Assembly (NCBI GenBank): GCA_004556655.1
Contig: SFGF01000029.1
Coordinates: forward strand, 5,971-69,970
DNA: 64,000 nt
DNA from: Lachnospiraceae bacterium
GTDB lineage: Bacteria > Bacillota > Clostridia > Lachnospirales > Lachnospiraceae
Direction of reading: 5' to 3'
A program made the translations under genes and the position numbers. The first letter of the stretch is position 1; each line of letters begins with the position of its first letter. Under the pieces are notes generated by a model. It had not been told where the DNA came from and did no database searches. It saw only the letters and a list, made by a program, of their open reading frames with translations. Shown here in pieces: positions 37,287-46,344 of this stretch.

Positions 37287-39263
37287 ATGGAAAAGGAAAA
37301 GAAACAGAAAGCAATCAGCAGAATGAAAGAGTTGTCTGAGATTTTGCAGAAAGCATCGAAAGCATACTATCAGGAAGATAGGGAAATCATGAGCAATCTG
37401 GAATACGACCGTCTGTATGATGAACTAGTGTGTCTGGAGGATGAGACACAGATGGTACTGGCAGGAAGTCCGACAGTATCTGTGGGATATGAGGCTGTAG
37501 ATGAACTCCCAAAAGAGACACACGAATCCCCCATGCTTTCTCTGGATAAGACAAAAGACAGAGAGGTGCTCAGAGGCTTTGTAGGCAATCATAAAACCTT
37601 GTTGTCCTGGAAAATGGATGGACTCACAATCGTTCTTACGTACCGTGATGGAAAACTGCAGAAAGCGGTCACAAGAGGCAACGGAGTGATCGGTGAGGTA
37701 GTTACCAATAATGCCAGAGTTTTTGATAATATACCGCACAAAATTCCTTATCGGGGTGAATTGATCCTGAGAGGAGAGGCAATTATCACATATTCAGAGT
37801 TTGAAAAAATAAACTGTATGATAGAAGATGTGGATGCCAGATATAAGAATCCGCGGAATCTGTGCAGTGGTTCTGTCCGTCAGTTGAATAATGAAATTAC
37901 AGCAAAACGCCATGTGAGGTTTTATGCATTTGCACTTGTAAAAGCAGATGATGTGGATTTCCAAAATTCCAGACAATGCCAGATGGAATGGCTGAAAGAA
38001 CAGGGATTTGAGATCGTGGAATATCGGGTAGTGAATGCGGATACGCTGGATGAAGCGATGGAGTATTTTGCTGAAAACATACAGCAAAATGATTTTCCTT
38101 CGGACGGATTGGTAGCGCTGTATGATGATATCGCCTATGGAGATTCTCTTGGAAGAACAGCGAAATTCCCAAGAAATGCTTTTGCTTTTAAATGGGCGGA
38201 TGAGATGGCGGAGACAACCCTGGAGGAAATCGAGTGGAGTCCTTCCCGAACCGGGCTTATTAATCCGGTGGCGATTTTTACACCGGTAGAACTGGAAGGT
38301 TCTACGGTAAGCCGGGCAAGTGTTCATAATGTCAGTATTATGCGAAAGCTGGAACTGGGAATCGGCGATACAATCCGGGTTTATAAGGCGAATATGATTA
38401 TTCCGCAGATTGGAGAAAATCTTACCCGCAGCGGTGTAAAAGAGATTCCGACCATTTGTCCTGCTTGTCAGGGACCGACCAGTATTGAAATGGTTAATGA
38501 TGTGGAATCTCTCTATTGCCGTAATCCGGAATGTCCTGCAAAAGCAATTAAAGGCTTTACCTTATTCGTGAGTCGTGATGCCATGAATATTGATGGACTT
38601 TCCGAAGCAACACTGGAAAAATTTATCGGAAAAGGTTTTATTCATGAATTTGGCGATATCTTTGAGATTGGAAAATACAAAGATGAAATCGTGCAAATGG
38701 AAGGGTTTGGAGAAAAATCTTTCCGCAATCTCATGGAAAGTATAGAAAAAGCAAAAAATACGGAGCTTCCCCGGGTTATTTACGCACTTGGTATTCCCAA
38801 TATCGGGCTGGCCAATGCAAAAGTAATCTGCAGGGAATTCGGATATGACATAGAGAAAATACGTAATCTGACAGAAGAAGAACTGGCTGAAATTGACGGA
38901 ATTGGTCCGGTCATTGCCCGAAGTTTTGTGGAGTATTTTGCAAAAGCCGGGCGAAAAGAGGTGATTGATCATCTTCTGTCACATCTTCAGCTGAAGGCAG
39001 TACCTCAGGTGAATGAGAATCAGAAGTTTACAGGAATCAATTTTGTGATTACCGGAAATGTAAATCATTTTGCAAACAGAAATGAAGTAAAGACGGAGAT
39101 AGAAAAAAGAGGAGGAAAAGTGACCGGAAGCGTAACTTCAAAAACGAATTATCTGATCAACAATGATGTGGCTTCGGGTTCTTCTAAAAACAAAAAAGCA
39201 AAAGAACTGGGGATTCCGATCATTTCGGAGGAAGATTTTATTCGAATGTTGGAAGAACAGTAG
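37287..39263 (+). CDS. ligA: NAD-dependent DNA ligase
   Basis: PMLSLDK, KMDG adenylation motif, TRGNG, Zn finger CPAC..CRNPEC, HhH repeats and BRCT domain. Confidence 0.96.
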   Translation: MEKEKKQKAISRMKELSEILQKASKAYYQEDREIMSNLEYDRLYDELVCLEDETQMVLAGSPTVSVGYEAVDELPKETHESPMLSLDKTKDREVLRGFVGNHKTLLSWKMDGLTIVLTYRDGKLQKAVTRGNGVIGEVVTNNARVFDNIPHKIPYRGELILRGEAIITYSEFEKINCMIEDVDARYKNPRNLCSGSVRQLNNEITAKRHVRFYAFALVKADDVDFQNSRQCQMEWLKEQGFEIVEYRVVNADTLDEAMEYFAENIQQNDFPSDGLVALYDDIAYGDSLGRTAKFPRNAFAFKWADEMAETTLEEIEWSPSRTGLINPVAIFTPVELEGSTVSRASVHNVSIMRKLELGIGDTIRVYKANMIIPQIGENLTRSGVKEIPTICPACQGPTSIEMVNDVESLYCRNPECPAKAIKGFTLFVSRDAMNIDGLSEATLEKFIGKGFIHEFGDIFEIGKYKDEIVQMEGFGEKSFRNLMESIEKAKNTELPRVIYALGIPNIGLANAKVICREFGYDIEKIRNLTEEELAEIDGIGPVIARSFVEYFAKAGRKEVIDHLLSHLQLKAVPQVNENQKFTGINFVITGNVNHFANRNEVKTEIEKRGGKVTGSVTSKTNYLINNDVASGSSKNKKAKELGIPIISEEDFIRMLEEQ

Positions 39264-39316
39264 ATGTGTAAATAACGTTTGCCACGGACAATATAGGATG
39301 TTTTGTCCGGGCAGCG

Positions 39317-39345
39317 TTGACATTCTTTGGAAATTTGATTAGAAT
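39317..39345 (+). promoter_or_regulatory. SigA promoter of cls
   Basis: TTGACA, 17 bp spacer, TAGAAT, directly after a hairpin at ~39274-39318. Confidence 0.65.
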
Positions 39346-39406
39346 AGTGACAGTGACTTAAGATAATACGCAGCATATGATGGAATAGAAAGAAGTCAGG
39401 TGGAGA

Positions 39407-41044
39407 ATGGGAAAAGTACAGGAAATAAAAGCATCTGTTCAGGAAATAAAGGAAACGGTTCAGCAGGAAATCCGTGAATCCGATACAGGACAGCAGATTG
39501 TAGAAAAAAGTAAAAAAGGATTTTTTCATATTGTCTTTGGACGAACCGGAGTCATTATCCTTTTACTGGTAATTCAGGCTGCTTTTCTGGCACTGGAGGT
39601 ATTAAAACTGCAAGAGCGTGCTATCTATGCTTATGGATTTTCCATTTTGCTGTCGGCAGCTATTGTGATTATTGTGATCAACCGACCGGGAAATCCGGAT
39701 TTTAAGCTTGCCTGGATGGTTCCGATGACGATTCTTCCGGTTTTTGGTGCACTTTTATATCTTTTTGTGGAGATGCAGGTAGGCGTGCGACTTGTAAATA
39801 CCCGTCTGATTCAGGTAGGAAAAGTGCTGAAACCTTATCTTGTACAGAAACCGGAGATACAGGAGAAACTGGAAGCCGATGACAAACAGATGGGAAATCT
39901 GGCATCTTATGTGGCAGAAAAAGGAGGTTTTCCGGTCTTTGATCATTGTTGTGTGAAGTATTTTCCACTGGGAGAGGATAAATTTGAAACTCTTGTGGAG
40001 GAACTGGAAAAGGCAGAAAAATTTATATTCATGGAATACTTCATAGTTGCGGAAGGACGAATGTGGAATACAATCCATGAGATTCTTAAGAGAAAAGTAA
40101 AAGAAGGGGTGGAAGTGCGGTTTATGTACGACGGCACTTGTACGGTATCTCTTCTTCCACATTCGTATCCTGAAAAATTGAAAGCAGAAGGAATCCGCTG
40201 CAAAGTATTCAATCCCATCAAGCCTGCGCTTTCTACTACTCAGAACAACAGAGACCATAGAAAGATTGTGGTAATTGACGGTCATACAGCATTTACAGGC
40301 GGTATCAATCTGGCAGATGAATACATTAATGAAAAAGAACGGTTCGGACACTGGAAGGATACGGCTGTTATGGTGAAAGGGGAAGCTGTACGAAGCTTTA
40401 CCTGGATGTTTTTACAGCTCTGGGATTTTGACGTAAAAAATGATGACTATGATAAATATCTGAATGTAGAACTTCCCGTATTGGAGGAAAAAACAGAAGG
40501 ATATGTGATACCCTATGGGGACAGTCCTCTGGATGATGAAAATGTCGGAGAGCTGGTTTACATGGATATTCTGAATACAGCAAGGGATTATGTACATATT
40601 ATGACTCCCTATCTGATTCTGGACCATGAAATGATCACAGCGCTGACATATGCGGCGAAAAGAGGCGTAGATGTTAAAATCATAATGCCGGGTATTCCGG
40701 ATAAACCTTATGCGTTTGCATTAGGTAAGACATATTATCCGGAACTTTTGCGTGCTGGAGTTGAAATTTATCAGTATGTGCCGGGATTTGTTCATGCCAA
40801 AGTATTTACTTCGGATGACAGAAAGGCGGTTGTGGGAACGATCAATCTGGATTATCGCAGTCTGTATTTGCATTTTGAATGCGCCACACTTATGTATCAG
40901 GTGGATGAGATAGAAAAGATTGAGGAAGATTTCCAGGAGACATTGAAGAAATGCAAAAGAATTACCATGGAAGATTATAAAAAAGAAAAATTGATCACAC
41001 GTTTTTTTGGGAAGGTACTCAGACTGTTTGCACCGTTGATGTAA
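39407..41044 (+). CDS. cls: Cardiolipin synthase
   Basis: Two HKD motifs (HRKIVVID and HAKVFTSD), N-terminal TMs and GTINLDYRS. Confidence 0.93.
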   Translation: MGKVQEIKASVQEIKETVQQEIRESDTGQQIVEKSKKGFFHIVFGRTGVIILLLVIQAAFLALEVLKLQERAIYAYGFSILLSAAIVIIVINRPGNPDFKLAWMVPMTILPVFGALLYLFVEMQVGVRLVNTRLIQVGKVLKPYLVQKPEIQEKLEADDKQMGNLASYVAEKGGFPVFDHCCVKYFPLGEDKFETLVEELEKAEKFIFMEYFIVAEGRMWNTIHEILKRKVKEGVEVRFMYDGTCTVSLLPHSYPEKLKAEGIRCKVFNPIKPALSTTQNNRDHRKIVVIDGHTAFTGGINLADEYINEKERFGHWKDTAVMVKGEAVRSFTWMFLQLWDFDVKNDDYDKYLNVELPVLEEKTEGYVIPYGDSPLDDENVGELVYMDILNTARDYVHIMTPYLILDHEMITALTYAAKRGVDVKIIMPGIPDKPYAFALGKTYYPELLRAGVEIYQYVPGFVHAKVFTSDDRKAVVGTINLDYRSLYLHFECATLMYQVDEIEKIEEDFQETLKKCKRITMEDYKKEKLITRFFGKVLRLFAPLM

Positions 41045-41122
41045 AGAAAGTGGAAGCTGAAGAAACAGATGTGATATAGATGCAAAAACTATGGAATATA
41101 AAAATGACAGGAGACGAGAGAT

Positions 41123-42043
41123 ATGCCTATTAAAATACAGAGCGATTTGCCGGTAAAAGAAATATTGGAACATGAAAATATATTTGTAATGGATGAGACG
41201 AGAGCTATGCATCAGGACATTCGTCCGATTCAGATACTTATTTTGAATCTGATGCCGCTGAAAGAGGAAACAGAACTTCAGCTCCTTCGTTCTCTTTCTA
41301 ATACACCGCTCCAGATTGATGTGACATTTATGGCGGTCAGCAGCCATGAGTCCAAAAACACATCCAGAAGTCATCTGAATAAATTTTATGTGGAATTTCC
41401 GCAGGTAAAGAGCCAGAAGTTTGATGGGATGATCATCACAGGTGCTCCTGTAGAACAGATAGAATTTGAAGAAGTGGATTATTGGGAAGAACTAACAGAA
41501 ATCATGGAGTGGACCAAGTCGCATGTAACATCTACAATCCATCTGTGTTGGGGAGCTCAGGCAGGGTTGTATTATCACTATGGTCTGCAGAAAAAACCAC
41601 TTTCCCAGAAAATGTTCGGATTGTTCTGGCATCGGGTGAAAAATCGTAAGATTCCTCTGGTACGTGGCTTTGATGATGCATTTCTTGCACCTCATTCCCG
41701 TCATACGGAAGTGCCGGCAGAAGATATACACAATTGTGATGCTCTGACCGTGTTGGCAGAATCGGATGAGGCAGGAGTATTTCTGTGTATGGCGATGGAT
41801 GGAAGACAGATTTTCGTGATGGGTCATCCGGAGTATGATCGTGTTACACTGGATGGAGAATACAAGAGAGACAAGGGAAAAGGATTGGATATCCAGCTTC
41901 CGAAAAACTACTATCCGGATAATAATCCGGAGAATAAACCACTGCTTTTGTGGAGAGCGCATGCAAATAATCTGTATACGAACTGGCTGAATTATTATGT
42001 GTATCAGACAACACCATATGATCTGGATGGTACACCGTTCTAG
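41123..42043 (+). CDS. metA: Homoserine O-acyltransferase (MetA family)
   Basis: QDIRP, LNLMP, IITGAPVE, LCWGAQA, PHSRHT, GHPEYD and NWLNYYVYQ. Confidence 0.96.
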   Translation: MPIKIQSDLPVKEILEHENIFVMDETRAMHQDIRPIQILILNLMPLKEETELQLLRSLSNTPLQIDVTFMAVSSHESKNTSRSHLNKFYVEFPQVKSQKFDGMIITGAPVEQIEFEEVDYWEELTEIMEWTKSHVTSTIHLCWGAQAGLYYHYGLQKKPLSQKMFGLFWHRVKNRKIPLVRGFDDAFLAPHSRHTEVPAEDIHNCDALTVLAESDEAGVFLCMAMDGRQIFVMGHPEYDRVTLDGEYKRDKGKGLDIQLPKNYYPDNNPENKPLLLWRAHANNLYTNWLNYYVYQTTPYDLDGTPF

Positions 42044-42111
42044 AGTCTTGTTTCCAGAAATCTAGCAGAATGGTGTAAAAAGCAACGTGATGATATAGAG
42101 TAATATGGATA

Positions 42112-42155
42112 GGCATATCAGATGTAAAAGTCCGATATGCCATTTTTTTGTTTTT
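42112..42155 (+). terminator. Intrinsic terminator after metA
   Basis: GGCATATC / GATATGCC stem with a long T tract. Confidence 0.75.
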
Positions 42156-42217
42156 CAAAGCTTATTGCTGTGTTATAATAGGCAAGAATGAGTTAATGGA
42201 AGAGAGAGGTGAATACA

Positions 42218-42625
42218 ATGTATCTGATCGCATGTGTTGATGATCGAATGGGAATGATGTTTAATCACCGAAGGGTAAGTCAGGATAAAGTGGTTAGCAA
42301 GGAAATAATGGATATGTGTAAAAATCATAGCATATACATGCAGGAATATTCGGCTCCACTATTTTCAAATGGCAATGTTTGTAATATCAAAATTGTGAAG
42401 GAGTTACCTTTTAGAGAGTTAATCGGACAGTATGTTTTTGTGGAGAATCCGGCAGTTATTGAAGAAAGTTTTGTTGAGAAAATAATCCTTTATCGGTGGA
42501 ATCGTAAATATCCGGCTGATCAATATTTTCCCATAGACTTAAATGGATGGATATTGTCTGAGACTAAAGAATTTTCAGGTAATTCACATGAAAAAATTAC
42601 AAAAGAAATATTCGTGAGGAAATAA
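42218..42625 (+). CDS. Conserved hypothetical protein, degenerate DHFR-like fold suspected
   Basis: MYLIACVDDRMGMMFN at the N-terminus and ADQYFPIDLNGW.. near the C-terminus echo the DHFR strand pattern. RBS GAGGTG. Confidence 0.6.
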   Translation: MYLIACVDDRMGMMFNHRRVSQDKVVSKEIMDMCKNHSIYMQEYSAPLFSNGNVCNIKIVKELPFRELIGQYVFVENPAVIEESFVEKIILYRWNRKYPADQYFPIDLNGWILSETKEFSGNSHEKITKEIFVRK

Positions 42626-42628
42626 TTA

Positions 42629-43507
42629 ATGAAGAATAATAAGCATTACCTTTGTAGATTGACTTGCATATTGACTTTGCTTCTAACATTTATGGGATGC
42701 TCAGTATTAGATTTGCAGAAGAATGATGATATTGGCAGTACTAGTATTTCGATGGTAGAAATACCGGAATACAGCGGTGAACCTTATGTTGTAATAAATG
42801 ATAATATTCCGGGCTTTTCGGAAACTGAGATTACAGATCAGTCGTTTGAACAATACAATGAGTTGGATAGCCTTGGTCGGTGTGGTACAGCCATTGCCAG
42901 TATAGGACGTGATTTAATGCCAACGGAAGAAAGAGGTTCTATTGGACAAGTAAAGCCTACCGGATGGCATACCGTAAAATATGATAATGTGGATGGAAAG
43001 TATCTCTATAACCGTTGTCATTTGATCGGGTATCAGTTAACGGCTGAGAATGCAAATCAGTTGAATCTGATCACCGGAACGAGGTATATGAACGTTGACG
43101 GTATGCTGCCATTTGAAAATATGGTGGCTGATTACATCAAAGAAACGGGGCATCATGTGCTTTATAGAGTAACACCAGTTTTTGATGGAGACAATCTATT
43201 GGCTTCTGGTGTACAGATGGAGGCTTTGTCTGTGGAAGATAATGGAGAAGGTATTTCTTATAATGTATTTGTTTACAATGTTCAGCCCGGAATAAACATA
43301 GATTATGTAACTGGTGAAAGTAGTCCGGAAGATAGTACAAATAATTCTGAATCAGAAAACGGTGAGATTCGTGGAAATTCCAATTCAAAAATATATCATT
43401 GCCCAGGTCAGGCCGCATATGATCAGATGGCGGATTCGAAAAACTTGGTAATATTTTCATCGGAAGAAGAGGCACAGAAGGCAGGTTACAGAAAAGCAAA
43501 GAGATAA
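42629..43507 (+). CDS. DNA/RNA non-specific endonuclease lipoprotein (EndA/DNA-entry nuclease-like) with small C-terminal domain
   Basis: Lipobox FMGC, LDSLGRC, YNRCHLIGYQL (beta-beta-alpha-Me His), NLITGTRYMN and YRVTP. C-terminal GNSNSKIYHCPG..EEEAQKAGYRKAKR. Confidence 0.9.
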   Translation: MKNNKHYLCRLTCILTLLLTFMGCSVLDLQKNDDIGSTSISMVEIPEYSGEPYVVINDNIPGFSETEITDQSFEQYNELDSLGRCGTAIASIGRDLMPTEERGSIGQVKPTGWHTVKYDNVDGKYLYNRCHLIGYQLTAENANQLNLITGTRYMNVDGMLPFENMVADYIKETGHHVLYRVTPVFDGDNLLASGVQMEALSVEDNGEGISYNVFVYNVQPGINIDYVTGESSPEDSTNNSESENGEIRGNSNSKIYHCPGQAAYDQMADSKNLVIFSSEEEAQKAGYRKAKR

Positions 43508-43513
43508 AGAATA

Positions 43514-43548
43514 TAGGATGTCGGTGAAAACCGATGTCCTGTTTTTTT
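43514..43548 (+). terminator. Intrinsic terminator
   Basis: AGGATGTCGGT-GAAA-ACCGATGTCCT followed by GTTTTTTT. Confidence 0.8.
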
Positions 43549-43942
43549 GCGTTTTTTTGGGATTCGCACTCTCGAAATTCTAAAAACATTGGGAATCTGC
43601 TCTATTCGGGCTACTTCCTCATGCTTTTAAGGCCTTCAGGTCATTCTCAGGCACGCGAGCATGCCGTGATTGACCCTTTGTCCTTGTCTCATGTTATAGA
43701 ATGTTGTGAAATGTCTTATTTGGTTGGACGATTTATTAAGAGAATAGGTATAAGTAGTTGAAAAGACTATTTTCAATATATTAAAATAAATACAAGAATA
43801 ATGTCTGAAAACAAATAAACGGCAGTATGGAAGTTGAAAATATTTGTTGGCTACATGTTGTCAATTCTTTAAGAAAGGAGTGGTGTTAATGTGCGGAAGA
43901 ATTTTGTTTTCTTCATGTTATATTACTTAAGAGGAAAAGATA

Positions 43943-44182
43943 GTGAACAAAGAAATCTGCCTAAAAATATATGAAGAAAACAAAGATTGCATTTATTGGT
44001 ATTTAACAAAGAAATGCACTTGGTTATCAGAAAATGATGTGCATGATATCATGCTTGTTGTGTGGTTTGAACTTTCTTCAAACATCCATGAGGTTTATAA
44101 CTTAACAAACAAGACAATGCAATCGGCATGGCTGCTATCCGTAACTCATCGTCAAGCATTACATTATAAGAAGGGGGAATAA
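43943..44182 (+). CDS. 79 aa protein resembling ECF sigma factor region 2 only (no region 4)
   Basis: IYEENKDCIYWY..DVHDIMLVVWFEL..SAWLLSVTHRQALHY matches the sigma-2 helix pattern (D...F, AWL...N..DY). GTG start after GAGGA. Confidence 0.6.
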   Translation: MNKEICLKIYEENKDCIYWYLTKKCTWLSENDVHDIMLVVWFELSSNIHEVYNLTNKTMQSAWLLSVTHRQALHYKKGE

Positions 44183-44985
44183 TGAGGAAAAAGAATCAAA
44201 TTCAGGACAGCCCGGAATATAAATATTTTGAAGAAAATTTTGGCGCACTTATGAGTGAAATGGAACAGGATAAAGAAAGTGAATGTTTTGAAATACCAGA
44301 TGAATGGGATCAGGAATTTCGGAAAGTTATAAAGGAAACAATAGACAAAAATAAAAGAGAACGTGAAAAAAGAAAAAAGAGTTTTTTAAAAATTGTAGGA
44401 ATCGTAACTGCTGCAATGGTTGTTTTGCTTGTTGGTAACTTCACGGTGGAACAAGTGAATGGTGAAGGGCTGTTGGAGATATTTCAGAATAGTTTTATAT
44501 TAGGTGACAAACAACATACGATGTATGGAACAAATAATGAAATCGAGTTTGATACAGACAATGACTCTAATTATATATTTTTTTCAGGTACTACATTAGA
44601 GGAAGTAAGTGATCAGATTCGTAAAGAACTAAAGTGTCCGATTTTTCATTTGGGTTATATACCTGAAGGATTTATTGTTGAAGAAGCTACATATGAACAG
44701 CAGTTTCGAATAATTAGTATAAAACTTGCTAAATCATCAGAATATATTTATATTTTCCAACAAAAGCAAGTTGACGATACGGCGTTTGGGTTTGTGGATG
44801 ATGAGAAAAAGGAAAGTATTTTGTTGAATAATGAACATATAAATATGCAGATTCAGATTTATGAAGGATATCAAGATCATAGTTGGTCATTTGATATTAT
44901 GAAAAATAACGATGTACTTTCACTTGGCGCCTCAGTTTCTAAAGAAGAATTTATTAAAGTTGCGGAAAATATTGATTATTATTAG
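44182..44985 (+). CDS. Single-pass membrane protein, DUF4367-like (putative anti-sigma)
   Basis: Basic stretch then TM IVGIVTAAMVVLLVG, LGYIPEGF motif and C-terminal SKEEFIKVAENI. Coupled to the upstream ORF by a TAATG overlap. Confidence 0.7.
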   Translation: MRKKNQIQDSPEYKYFEENFGALMSEMEQDKESECFEIPDEWDQEFRKVIKETIDKNKREREKRKKSFLKIVGIVTAAMVVLLVGNFTVEQVNGEGLLEIFQNSFILGDKQHTMYGTNNEIEFDTDNDSNYIFFSGTTLEEVSDQIRKELKCPIFHLGYIPEGFIVEEATYEQQFRIISIKLAKSSEYIYIFQQKQVDDTAFGFVDDEKKESILLNNEHINMQIQIYEGYQDHSWSFDIMKNNDVLSLGASVSKEEFIKVAENIDYY

Positions 44986-44998
44986 AAAGGAAATGTTT

Positions 44999-45481
44999 AT
45001 GAAAAATAAAAAAATATGGGCTTTATTTTTAGCGATGGTGATGTTGTTTATGCAAATAATACCTGTGTGTGCAGAAGAAACGAATGTAAATGAATGGTAT
45101 GAACTTATAGAAGAAGATTTCCAGATGGATATTGAACCGGATCAGTCGGTTAATCCATATTCATTATATTTGATGAATGTATATGCGTCTATTGCCAAAA
45201 TAAATTCTACCAAGGTAGGCATGAGAGCGGATGTACATTGTGCTGCAGTAATGAAAGAAATAACGGTCGTATTCTACTTACAGAAATTATCCGGTACATC
45301 TTGGAATACGGTTGGTACTACTACAGTATATGCATATAACACTTCAAGTACTTCAAAAAGTATTACTGCATCTAATTTGAGTAGTGGTACATATAGAACT
45401 AAGGTATTAGCAAAAGTTACTGCGTCCAATGGGTATTCAGAGACGCTTACAAGTTATAGCGGAAGTATTAATATGCCATGA
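44999..45481 (+). CDS. Secreted beta-rich hypothetical protein
   Basis: Sec signal MKNKKIWALFLAMVMLFMQIIPVCA, YLQKLSGTSW and GTYR motifs. Ser/Thr-rich. Confidence 0.75.
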   Translation: MKNKKIWALFLAMVMLFMQIIPVCAEETNVNEWYELIEEDFQMDIEPDQSVNPYSLYLMNVYASIAKINSTKVGMRADVHCAAVMKEITVVFYLQKLSGTSWNTVGTTTVYAYNTSSTSKSITASNLSSGTYRTKVLAKVTASNGYSETLTSYSGSINMP

Positions 45482-45546
45482 TAATTTTAACTATATAATA
45501 AATTACAGTTAGATTAAGTATTGATCTGTAAGTATGTGAATTTTGG

Positions 45547-46344
45547 GGGCTATTGAGAAATAGTGATTTTGCCCCTGATATGTAAGAAGGAGACAGACCC
45601 TCAGAAAATCAGGCTTTTTCAAAGCCTCGGATTTTTACCGGACTGTCTCCTTCTTTTAGCAATATCCGTTTCAGAGCGCAGCCCCCTTTGTTTGGATTTT
45701 AAGCAGTTCTCTTTTGGCTAAGCTGCTTTTTGCTCCTTTTTCTCTTCACATTTTTCGGTTTCTACATCATGAAATCGAAAAATATGGAGGAAAAAAAGAC
45801 ACTGAAATTGTATAGAAAGATGCATCTGCAAAAATTCAGTCACAGGGATTTTTTGCGCCAAAATCAGAACAGAAAAACGAGAAGACATCCCCAACAGCTC
45901 TTTGAGCTTTAGAAAACATAAAACTGAGATGTAATAAGCATTTCTGGCGGATAGCCCATGGAGAAATTCATTATATTGATGAAAAGATAAAAGCTAAAAG
46001 GATAGAAGTTTATGAATTTCTTATCTTATCTGCCTGATTTTAGAAGAAAAAAATCATTTTTTCAACGAGAGTCCCTAAAAATTGGAAGCCTATCTGCCCA
46101 AAACAGCTTATTTTGCAGGATTTTATAATCGATATCTTTAAAAATAAAAGTTTCTATCTGCCCATATATGCTAAAATCAGTAATTTTACTTAATTTTTAT
46201 CGGATATATCTCTGAAAATCTCCTTATATTGATGTCAGCACCAAAGCCAGAAATACAGAGTATTGATTTCAATCTTCACTATCTGCTGAAAGAGTTTTTT
46301 CTACATAAAATCGGGCAGATAATACCTCTATTTTTCGACAACCC
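45547..46344. mobile_element. Non-autonomous IS-derived element (MITE-like), 798 bp
   Basis: Imperfect 17 bp TIRs GGGCTATTGAGAAATAG (45547-45563) and CTATTTTTCGACAACCC (46328-46344) match at 13/17, all differences transitions. Flanked by the 7 bp direct repeat ATTTTGG (45540-45546 and 46345-46351). No transposase ORF. Confidence 0.7.

Noticed and set aside
41045..41122. SAM or T-box riboswitch upstream of metA
   Set aside because: The intergenic gap is only ~78 bp with no aptamer motifs.
43600..43680. TPP-riboswitch-like UGAGAA and AGGAAG motifs on the minus strand (also considered SRP RNA and twister ribozyme)
   Set aside because: There is no P1 pairing, no CCUGAU/P5 arm and no downstream thiamine gene, and the SRP and twister cores are incomplete. 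Kept only as an unassigned structured element.
43534..43761. 75 aa ORF, and the 60-62 aa ORFs at 45730 and 46229
   Set aside because: They lack an RBS and protein-like features; the 75 aa ORF starts inside a terminator and the other two start inside the MITE.
46027..46290. CRISPR array
   Set aside because: The repeated unit is only 8-11 bp with three regularly spaced copies, and there are no cas genes in the window.
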